The notes under the pieces: generated by a model | What the model was told of the DNA's origin: nothing | Seen by the model: the letters and a program-made list of their open reading frames with translations, nothing else | The model's database searches: none | NCBI GenBank assembly: GCA_048882045.1 | Contig: JBHLRZ010000003.1 | Coordinates: forward strand, 136,192 to 200,191 | Source of the DNA: Candidatus Thorarchaeota archaeon | GTDB lineage: Archaea; Asgardarchaeota; Thorarchaeia; Thorarchaeales; Thorarchaeaceae | Reading direction: 5' to 3' | DNA length: 64,000 bases | Made by a program: the position numbers and the translations under genes | Part shown: positions 1 to 7,624 of the stretch, in pieces | Position numbering within the stretch: the stretch's first letter is position 1 | How the letters are laid out: each line of letters opens with the position of its first letter

Positions 1-214
1 GAAAGACGACATAAGTTGGCGGATAATCCAGATTTTAGACAACTCTCGTCCCCTCAATATCAGTCAGATTACTGCAGCTGTCAGAGCAGAGCGTGGTACT
101 GCATCCAGAAGGATTGTGAGAGAACGTGTAAACAATCTTGTGGAGAGAGGGATCCTCCAAATAATTGAGGATGAGGATGACCGGGCGAGGTATTTTGCAT
201 TGATAAAGGAGTAG
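1..214 (+). CDS. Winged-helix DNA-binding protein, C-terminal part (5' truncated by window edge)
   Basis: Frame 2 is open from the window start to TAG at 212-214: ...ISWRIIQILDNSRPLNISQITAAVRAERGTASRRIVRERVNNLVERGILQ..., a typical wHTH pattern. Confidence 0.75.
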   Translation, partial: KDDISWRIIQILDNSRPLNISQITAAVRAERGTASRRIVRERVNNLVERGILQIIEDEDDRARYFALIKE

Positions 215-223
215 TGTATAGAA

Positions 224-544
224 GTGCTCTACGAAAGGGTTACAGATTCTCCATCATTTGTACCAGAGGATTACGCATCTGCATATGGACAACATATAAT
301 CGAAAACACCAAGAATGACTGGACCTGGAGAGAGTACTACGGAACAGGTGTTTTGATTGAGAATCATCCTCTAAAGGACCATATCAACTTCAGGGGATGT
401 GGGGAATGCAAGAGTGACAATGTCAAGGTCATCTATGGCATGTGGTGTGTCAGTACAGCCAGTGGGGATGCTTACTGGGACTCTGAGATAGTCTGTGAAG
501 ATTGTGGAAAATTTACTGCTCGATCTTTCAATGAAAACGATTGA
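224..544 (+). CDS. Small zinc-ribbon protein
   Basis: Two CxxC pairs (CGEC ... CEDC). Confidence 0.6.
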   Translation: MLYERVTDSPSFVPEDYASAYGQHIIENTKNDWTWREYYGTGVLIENHPLKDHINFRGCGECKSDNVKVIYGMWCVSTASGDAYWDSEIVCEDCGKFTARSFNEND

Positions 545-602
545 GGTTGTACTGGTCACTTTTAACCAGTTTTCCTATATTCAGTGACCACTACTACTAT
601 GC

Positions 603-1007
603 ATGGTGAACAATCAATTGAGTAACGATTATTCAGATGAACCAAGGAAGAAGAGAAAATCTAGCTCTGACGATGCAGAAGAACTGAGGGCTGTAGCTGA
701 AGCACTGCCAGAGCTGTTCAAAGCAATCAACACATCAGTGCCAGAACTGATTACAAATCTGATTGGAAGCATATATAGTCCTGAGGCAGCTGGAAATTTG
801 GCAGCCGGGATAGGTAAGTTCTACAGTGGGCTAATTGCTGAGGGAATCCCGGAAGATGTTGCGCTAGATATGACAAAGAAATTCGTTGGAGCTCTCGACT
901 TTAGTAAGATCATGTCGATGGTAAGTGATGAAGCATCAGTTGGAAGAAAGAAACGGCGACACTCCGACTCCAAAGATGAGTACTTTGATGATGAGGGGTA
1001 TGAGTAG
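603..1007 (+). CDS. Conserved archaeal hypothetical helical protein
   Basis: 134 aa; contains FYSGLIAEGIPEDVA, a motif shared with the next ORF. Confidence 0.7.
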   Translation: MVNNQLSNDYSDEPRKKRKSSSDDAEELRAVAEALPELFKAINTSVPELITNLIGSIYSPEAAGNLAAGIGKFYSGLIAEGIPEDVALDMTKKFVGALDFSKIMSMVSDEASVGRKKRRHSDSKDEYFDDEGYE

Positions 1008-1009
1008 AA

Positions 1010-1300
1010 TTGGGAACAGCCAGATCTATTGCATCCATCACTGGAACAGCAATAGGCGGTGGGTCTAAACTCCTCTTCAAAGTGTGGTGGGCTCTCCGAA
1101 AAGGGCGGGCACAGGTCAAGAAAGGTGCTAAGACCTTCTATAACACACTAGTCAGGGCAGGAATTCCAAAAGAAGATGCGAAGCAAATAGCACTTGCCTA
1201 TGCTGCACCTGCGTGGGAGGTTCTGAGCATTCGAGGTGTCTTTCGAATGTTAAGAGATGTTGATGGAGTAGAAATCCCCAGCATGCCATTTGGATGGTGA
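1010..1300 (+). CDS. Hypothetical protein, distant paralog of the upstream gene
   Basis: FYNTLVRAGIPKEDA motif; starts 2 nt after the upstream stop. Confidence 0.65.
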   Translation: MGTARSIASITGTAIGGGSKLLFKVWWALRKGRAQVKKGAKTFYNTLVRAGIPKEDAKQIALAYAAPAWEVLSIRGVFRMLRDVDGVEIPSMPFGW

Positions 1301-1774
1301 TCACTTCACCACGAGGACAGGGACTTCTGATCCCACAACAACGCGTTCAGCAGAACTCCCTACTCCACCTCTTAGAGAACCAGCCATCCCATAAGACCCA
1401 ATCACAATCAGGTCAACCTCTTTTTCCTTAGATAGCTGCATAATCTTGTCAGGGGGTGAACCTTTCTCAAGAAGGAGTTCGACCTCAAGTTTGTAGTCGT
1501 CAGCTGCTCCTTTGTACCCATCCAGAAGTTTCTGTCCCTGGGTTTCATACTTGACCAGTACTTCCTCAGGATCAGTTTCTGACATCAGCGAGAACTGCTT
1601 CACAATTGAGTCGTTTATCACGTGAATGATAAACACCTTTGATTTGGTCATCTCTGCAATTTCGAATGCAACCGTGGCTGCACGAGCAGACCCCTCGCTC
1701 CCGTCCACTGCGAGCATCACCTTGTTCGCTCTACAGAAAATGTGGCCAGGGGCGCAATACCTGATTTCTTCCAT
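1301..1774 (-). CDS. uspA: Universal stress protein (UspA family)
   Basis: KVMLAVDGSEGS, DLIVIGSYG, GSSAERVV...PVLVVK. Confidence 0.92.
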   Translation of the reverse strand: MEEIRYCAPGHIFCRANKVMLAVDGSEGSARAATVAFEIAEMTKSKVFIIHVINDSIVKQFSLMSETDPEEVLVKYETQGQKLLDGYKGAADDYKLEVELLLEKGSPPDKIMQLSKEKEVDLIVIGSYGMAGSLRGGVGSSAERVVVGSEVPVLVVK

Positions 1775-1887
1775 GATTTAGATTGTGTATATTCACTATA
1801 ATTAACTTTGGGTCGGACCTTTGTGCTAACATTTAACTTGAGGCTCGGATATCATTGGATAAAAGACTACTTAGGAGGCGTGTTTGA

Positions 1888-3270
1888 ATGGCACGTTCTG
1901 ATCTATACGAATATCATGAAAAACAGGAATATCCCAGTCATAAAGGAGCGATTGCAGGACTCCTCGTAGTCTTCGGTGCCTTTATCGTCTTGGGAATTTA
2001 TTCACTTATGCAACTTTGGTCCGTCTATGAACCGGAGATTGTGAGTCTCATTACTATGGTATCCCCTCTCCTTGCAGATAATCTTTGGTTATTGGGAGCT
2101 GGACTAGGTGCATTGCTAGTGTTGAGCATAATTATGGCTCTTGGAGCTTCAGTTGCGGCAAAACGGTTGGGTGGAACCCTCATATACATTGGGGCATTTT
2201 TGATGAATCTACTCACCTGGGCGATCCCATTGTTCCTCATTGTTACAGGTGTTATACCAATATCGATGCTAGGTACAGCATGGCCAATACTGATACCAGG
2301 CTTTTTCACTCTCTTCATCACTCTATTACTATTTACAGTATTCAAAGAGAGAGTGAGGAGAGCAGGAGAGATCATCAAATTAACAGGTCAAGTCACTTTG
2401 GATGAGAAAGGAACATTCGTACCCCCATTCCTCACCATGATCTTCACACTTGTATCTGCACTGTTCTTTGCGGGAATCATGCTTGTGGTAATACCTGACG
2501 GAATGAACATTCTACTAGGCAATGTTGACCTGACTCTGGAGAATGGATGGCCTTTTGCAATAGGTGTTGTTGTCTACCTGTTCGTCACCATCTTCTTCTA
2601 CAATTTCTCATATGCCACAACTTCAGCTATTACCTATATCTACATGAGAGGAAGAGATCCTAGTCTTGGAGATGGTGTAAAGGCGTCACTTGGTGTCGTC
2701 GGAGGATTGATTGTTCTGAGCATCATGAGTGTGATTGTGACACTCATCAGAATGATCATTCAGGCGGTGGCGCGGAAATCGAATAATGCCTTAGCGAGGG
2801 GTGTTGGTTATGCTACTGAGGGCATAATAGGTTGGATCTGGGCGCTCATAAACTACTTCACCATACCAGCCATGGTTGCTGAAGAACTCAGTGCGACAGA
2901 GGGAATCAAGCGTAGCGCAGGTCTTGTCAGAAAGAACTTCGTTGATGTCATGATCAAAGAAACCGCCGTCAGATGGGGTTTTAGCGTTTTGGCATTCATG
3001 TTCTTCATCGGATTTGCCCTTGGTGGGGCGTTGTTTGGATGGATCTATACGAATGGCGACATCATGATGACGATAGTGATTACTGTGGTCTTTGTTGTCT
3101 TCGCTTCGATTCCAAGTGCGATTGTGCTGAGGACTTTCGATATCGTCTATGTCACACTTCTCTACGTTTTCATTAGACGAAAAGAGGGCGATTATGAAAG
3201 AACTGCGATCCCAAGCCCGATGGGTAGGGAATTGGAAGGCGCTTATAACAGAGCCCAGAATCAGAGATAA
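1888..3270 (+). CDS. Polytopic membrane protein, choline-transporter-like (SLC44/Pns1, DUF6159-related)
   Basis: About 10 TM segments; RVRRAGEIIKLTGQV, LINYFTIPAMV and IKRSAGLVRKN resemble CTL-family segments; GGAGG SD upstream. Confidence 0.6.
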   Translation: MARSDLYEYHEKQEYPSHKGAIAGLLVVFGAFIVLGIYSLMQLWSVYEPEIVSLITMVSPLLADNLWLLGAGLGALLVLSIIMALGASVAAKRLGGTLIYIGAFLMNLLTWAIPLFLIVTGVIPISMLGTAWPILIPGFFTLFITLLLFTVFKERVRRAGEIIKLTGQVTLDEKGTFVPPFLTMIFTLVSALFFAGIMLVVIPDGMNILLGNVDLTLENGWPFAIGVVVYLFVTIFFYNFSYATTSAITYIYMRGRDPSLGDGVKASLGVVGGLIVLSIMSVIVTLIRMIIQAVARKSNNALARGVGYATEGIIGWIWALINYFTIPAMVAEELSATEGIKRSAGLVRKNFVDVMIKETAVRWGFSVLAFMFFIGFALGGALFGWIYTNGDIMMTIVITVVFVVFASIPSAIVLRTFDIVYVTLLYVFIRRKEGDYERTAIPSPMGRELEGAYNRAQNQR

Positions 3271-3282
3271 TTCAATCAGTTA

Positions 3283-3322
3283 GTGTGTGGTGGTCAAGAA
3301 CCATCACACACCTACTCTTTTT
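3283..3322 (+). terminator. Hairpin plus U-tract between convergent genes
   Basis: GTGTGTGGTGGT-caaga-ACCATCACACAC (12-bp stem, one G-U) followed by CTACTCTTTTT. Confidence 0.6.
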
Positions 3323-3352
3323 CAAACCCAAGTACAGAGTCAAAGGTCAAAT

Positions 3353-3601
3353 CTAAGGATATCTTCCTCTTGGGAGGACATTCATTGCTTTTTCTGCAGC
3401 ATGCGGATTTATTGCATAAAGAACGATTATGATAAGAACCGTCACTGCGAAGTATGTGATGATTAGTCCGGAAGCTGGTGCTTCGAAGAAGGTTCTAAGA
3501 AGGTAGAGCAAAATTAACAGTCCAATCTGAGTGATGCAGAGGAATGTTTCAAACTGCTTCCTCATTCCAGTCCCAGGTTGTCGCTTTTTCGTTTTTGGCA
3601 C
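3353..3601 (-). CDS. Small 2-TM membrane protein
   Basis: 82 aa, two hydrophobic helices, 10 nt downstream of the peptidase gene. Confidence 0.6.
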   Translation of the reverse strand: MPKTKKRQPGTGMRKQFETFLCITQIGLLILLYLLRTFFEAPASGLIITYFAVTVLIIIVLYAINPHAAEKAMNVLPRGRYP

Positions 3602-3611
3602 GATCTGCCTG

Positions 3612-4931
3612 TCACAACCACTCGAATGCTTTATTCCATGTTACACTTGAACCTGAATAAGGATTCATGTAGACCGTTCTAAAGAATTCAGGGACAACAT
3701 CCTTCTCAATGGCCTTGAGAAATGAGGGATAGACATAGTTTGTGCGTCCGACATAGTATGTGAAGATGTAAGGTGCGAAGAAATTCGTCTTTCCATCCTT
3801 TGTTCGAGGACCTATGAAAGCGAGAGATGCTTCAGCAGTTTCACGTGTCCTAAATGTTCTCTCACAGATGTAATCAATCACTTCCTCTTCTGATTTTCCT
3901 TCATCATTAAGAAGGATCGCTGCATTGATTGAAGTCATCCTTCGGACAGGGTACAACGCTTCATATACCGCAACTCGAGATTCTTCTTCAGTAATTCCGA
4001 GGAAATCCTTAGCTGTGTCAGCAGTACCCTCAGATATGACACATCGGCCAGTATGTAGAGGTACTATTGAAAGTTCAAGATTTCCTGAATTCAAGTAGGC
4101 TTTCTCTCTCCACAAGTTAGACACATGGTGTTCATATTCATGATACAAGGTGGCTTGTAGTATGTCCTTGTTGAACTTTCTGTCGATATTGAACTGGTTC
4201 AGAGACTTGAATTCTCCTTTGTACCAGTTATACCCACCCCATGGTTCATCTCTCACAGCTTCATATTCAATCCCATTGTCAGGGACGGAAGCTCCCATTA
4301 CTGAATAGATCTTGGTCCTGAACTCCTGACCGATTTCAGAAGACCGTTGTTGAAGGTCGGTTTCAAGCAATCTTTTGAGAGCATCTCCAGTAACCTCGCC
4401 CTCCGTTGTGTAACGTTCTATCTTTTCGGACAAATCTGCACCTGGATAGTCAGCCATAACCTCAGCCAATTGCTCGTTGCCCTTGTCAATCTCACGCTCA
4501 GAAAACTTCTCCATTGGAATCTGAAAGAGACCCTCCACGAGTTCACCATAAGACATGTCTTTTCCATCCAACCAATCCACCACAACATTCAGCGAATGAA
4601 GCTCACCCATCATATACTCGAACCGGAGAGGATCATTAATCTCATCCCTCACCATATCAAAGGTCTGCTGGATTTCATAAACAATATCCGAAGATGCTTT
4701 GTCTGTGCTCTGTTTCTTGGGATGGAACTCAGGAGGTCCTGTATACGCATCAACAACACTCACTCCTGTAAGACGTTCTGTAAAATTCCCAACCTCTCCA
4801 CAGACCTTCACGAATCTCTCTGCAGCTTTCATTGTGACCAAGTGAGAAATGCAATGCTGACCTAAAGTGTTTGCCATTTGAGTCGTCACTCTTGGGAGTG
4901 TTTCCTTTTTGGACAGAGTATCGCTGTTCAC
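3612..4931 (-). CDS. Putative zinc metallopeptidase (gluzincin/DUF885-like); start may be ATG 4877
   Basis: LYHEYEHH (HExxH), downstream ISEGTA (third-ligand Glu) and YIFTYYVG. Confidence 0.65.
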   Translation of the reverse strand: MNSDTLSKKETLPRVTTQMANTLGQHCISHLVTMKAAERFVKVCGEVGNFTERLTGVSVVDAYTGPPEFHPKKQSTDKASSDIVYEIQQTFDMVRDEINDPLRFEYMMGELHSLNVVVDWLDGKDMSYGELVEGLFQIPMEKFSEREIDKGNEQLAEVMADYPGADLSEKIERYTTEGEVTGDALKRLLETDLQQRSSEIGQEFRTKIYSVMGASVPDNGIEYEAVRDEPWGGYNWYKGEFKSLNQFNIDRKFNKDILQATLYHEYEHHVSNLWREKAYLNSGNLELSIVPLHTGRCVISEGTADTAKDFLGITEEESRVAVYEALYPVRRMTSINAAILLNDEGKSEEEVIDYICERTFRTRETAEASLAFIGPRTKDGKTNFFAPYIFTYYVGRTNYVYPSFLKAIEKDVVPEFFRTVYMNPYSGSSVTWNKAFEWL

Positions 4932-4959
4932 AGACTATTGATTCCAAGAGAGAGAAGAT

Positions 4960-7089
4960 CTATCTGAACCCTCCTGACACACAGGCACTATGACATGCGC
5001 TGTGACACGCACTGTGACAGACACAGGCGCTATGGCAAGCACTATGGCATGCACTATGACAGGCATCATGTGAAACGCATGCACTGTGGCAGGCATCGTG
5101 AGATACACACCTGCTTGTACTCTCAATGAGGGGTCTAAGCGGCTCTGTGATTATGTTTCCTACACCTTCTAAAACACTACCAATAGTATTTGCTACATTA
5201 TTCATGATTTGCCCTGTTGTAGCAGCAACATCACCAACCACCTGACCGACTCCAGAGATAGTGTTTCCTGTTGCGTCAGCTAACTGAGAGAACCAGTCTG
5301 GTACTATTGGCGGAGATATTGCAGGTCCTGGTCTGGTGAACACATCACCTATGTGATCATGTCGTGGATGCATGTATAACCAGTACCAAGCCCATCCACC
5401 CCCATGATATCGACGGTTGAAGTAATAGTCCATCCGTCCATCCAGAGTGGGATAGCTCTCAAGCTCATCCCATGCACCTTCAATCATTTCATCGTGATTT
5501 GTCTTGGTAGCTTCAAAGTCAGCAGTCCAGGATTTTTCTTGAACCTTGTCAGCAAGTTCCTCGAGCATTGCATCTACCTTTTCAGGATCCAGTTCATTCT
5601 CAACAATTGCAGCTAAGAACAGTTCCTCGTAGTAAGTAAGGTCTTGAAATTGAAGGCCTGTGACTGAGAGTTTGAGTGGTTCTGTCGAGAGTACCCTGAC
5701 AGCTCCCTTTCTGACGCAAGACATCAGAATCATTGTCACCAAATCTTGTCGGGTTGTATTGACAAAGAACGCAGACTCAATTGGATCCAACTCTGCAACT
5801 GTGCCTGGTTCACCGAAAGTCTGGATGGAAATCTCCGGACTCTCGTACACATAGGTTGTATCATCCGCTTCCCATTTTGCACCATAGGTTCGAGTGACTC
5901 TTCTGTATCCGTAGTAAATGACGCCCAAACCAAAGAATATGACAAATCCACCTATTAGATAATTGGGATTGATCAATGGAGGGATGTACTCCTGAACATA
6001 GATGTCCACTGTGAATTGTAACCAATCTGTTGAGTTGAGGTTCGATGCACTGACTTGGAAGGATATTGTGAGCACCTGCGGAGTGTTAGCTGGTACGATT
6101 GAATATACTTGGTACCATGTTTCTCCGCCTGTGAGGTCACCAACATATGTTGTCACAGACCCTGATGTCAGTGTAAGATTCTCAGGAAGAGACATGGTTA
6201 TTATAACTTCCTCAAGGTCAGCATCTCCAAAGTTGTATATCGCCACTTGCAGATCAAATTCAGTTTCTGCATTTGCATTTACGTAGCTGACTGCACTATA
6301 TCCTAAAGCCCCGGCTTGCAAGAATGGTTCATAGAAACTCCAATTAGTGTAGTGCCAGACCCGAAAGTGAGTGTACGCATCCAAGTTGTTGTGTTCTAGA
6401 CTGACAGTGAAGTTTCTTGTAGCAGCACCTGCGTCATATGGATATGCAAGGAGATTGTTAACATCAAATGAATACTGAGTTCCGCCGTCCCAAAGACCTT
6501 GATTGTCATCAACTACATACCCTGCATATTCTGCTCCCTCAGGAGTTATTCCATGCGATGGTTCAATCCATGTGGAATTCATTACAATTGGATAGATCAC
6601 CTGAACAGCTTCATAATCAATGGGAATTTCCCACTGGACTGGAGCCCAATTGAAGACACCTAAATCGCCATAGGTTTCGGAGGTCGTCTTCTCAATGACT
6701 CTCTCTGTGCTAAAGTAACCAAAGACTACAGTGACTGTTTCCCCCTCTTGAGTTCTTGGCACCCAGTCCAGTCCATATCCATCCCAATATGTTGTAACAA
6801 GCAGATTATACTTCTCTTCTCCAACCTGCGCATATGCTCTATCAGGGTCCCAGATTCTGGTTTCCTGAATTCCTCTTAAGTCAAAACCGCCTAGTGAACC
6901 ACTCTCAACAGTAATTTCAATCCAGTAAGTAACATTGATTCTTCCATTTGGTAAAACGAAAACATCAACCAGTACGCTGTTTAAATTCACAACTGGACTC
7001 TGACTGGGAACACCTCCAGCAAAACATATGGGCACCACTGACAATATCAGTAGTCCAATGATCAGGTAATTGCCCAGTTTACGCTTCAC
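4960..7089 (-). CDS. Single-pass membrane protein (signal peptide, DUF2207-like and Ig/CARDB-like ectodomain) with C-terminal Cys/His repeat tail; putative radical SAM modification target
   Basis: N-terminal hydrophobic signal; VDVFVLPNGRINVTYWIEI start resembles DUF2207; TM LIGGFVIFFGLGVIYYGY; ends CVSHDACHSAC...CVSGGFR. Confidence 0.75.
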   Translation of the reverse strand: MKRKLGNYLIIGLLILSVVPICFAGGVPSQSPVVNLNSVLVDVFVLPNGRINVTYWIEITVESGSLGGFDLRGIQETRIWDPDRAYAQVGEEKYNLLVTTYWDGYGLDWVPRTQEGETVTVVFGYFSTERVIEKTTSETYGDLGVFNWAPVQWEIPIDYEAVQVIYPIVMNSTWIEPSHGITPEGAEYAGYVVDDNQGLWDGGTQYSFDVNNLLAYPYDAGAATRNFTVSLEHNNLDAYTHFRVWHYTNWSFYEPFLQAGALGYSAVSYVNANAETEFDLQVAIYNFGDADLEEVIITMSLPENLTLTSGSVTTYVGDLTGGETWYQVYSIVPANTPQVLTISFQVSASNLNSTDWLQFTVDIYVQEYIPPLINPNYLIGGFVIFFGLGVIYYGYRRVTRTYGAKWEADDTTYVYESPEISIQTFGEPGTVAELDPIESAFFVNTTRQDLVTMILMSCVRKGAVRVLSTEPLKLSVTGLQFQDLTYYEELFLAAIVENELDPEKVDAMLEELADKVQEKSWTADFEATKTNHDEMIEGAWDELESYPTLDGRMDYYFNRRYHGGGWAWYWLYMHPRHDHIGDVFTRPGPAISPPIVPDWFSQLADATGNTISGVGQVVGDVAATTGQIMNNVANTIGSVLEGVGNIITEPLRPLIESTSRCVSHDACHSACVSHDACHSACHSACHSACVCHSACHSACHSACVSGGFR
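4963..5109 (-). repeat. Coding tetrapeptide repeat (7x CHSA, 2x CVSHDA)
   Basis: 49 aa with 11 Cys and 9 His; all seven CHSA units use different codon combinations. Confidence 0.95.
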
Positions 7090-7113
7090 AGATTGACCCT
7101 CTGAACCAGTACT

Positions 7114-7506
7114 TCAATCTCCACGCTGAGCACGCAAGACATCAGCCTGAGCGATAGTGAGGTTAGATAAGTCAGCCTTAGCTGCAGCCCACTCCACAAT
7201 ATCTGGAAACTCCATAATCATCCCACCCCAGACAAGGTGGTAGACTCGCTTCAGTATCACACTTGCATCAGCTTCTTTCCCGACATACTCAAAGAAACAT
7301 TTCACTACTGCTGGTGTCTGTTCGCTCATGTCCTTAGGGACTTCAGTCCCAAATCCAGCGAACTCTACATCAAGCTCACGGAAAACGTCCATTCGTTCCC
7401 TGATTCCTGCCGCAATGACTGGGAGGTCCATGTCATAGGCACTGAAATGCATGATGAGTTTTTTCTTGCTAATTGTGCCATATGGTAGTTTGATTTCTGT
7501 GCTCAT
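7114..7506 (-). CDS. Hypothetical protein, first gene of the precursor operon
   Basis: 130 aa from ATG 7506; 24 nt upstream of the membrane protein gene. Confidence 0.65.
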   Translation of the reverse strand: MSTEIKLPYGTISKKKLIMHFSAYDMDLPVIAAGIRERMDVFRELDVEFAGFGTEVPKDMSEQTPAVVKCFFEYVGKEADASVILKRVYHLVWGGMIMEFPDIVEWAAAKADLSNLTIAQADVLRAQRGD

Positions 7507-7624
7507 TCGACCACACTCCACGATGATACTGTCAATGAATCAATACTGGGGACTCTTAAAACTTTCAGATTTCCAAACTCATCCATCCGAACCCTTAAGA
7601 CACCTAAGATTGGATTAGCGCTTA

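Noticed and set aside
4963-5109. CHSACH read as CX3CH haem-c binding motifs
   Set aside because: The motifs overlap every 4 residues, the tail is predicted cytoplasmic and no cytochrome c maturation genes are nearby.
4965-5110. Short DNA repeats as a CRISPR array or VNTR
   Set aside because: They are 12-nt degenerate coding units with no spacers and no cas genes.
4935-5126. 63-aa alternative-frame ORF over the Cys repeat as a separate precursor
   Set aside because: It is a shifted reading of the repeat; the synonymous variation fits the CHSA frame.
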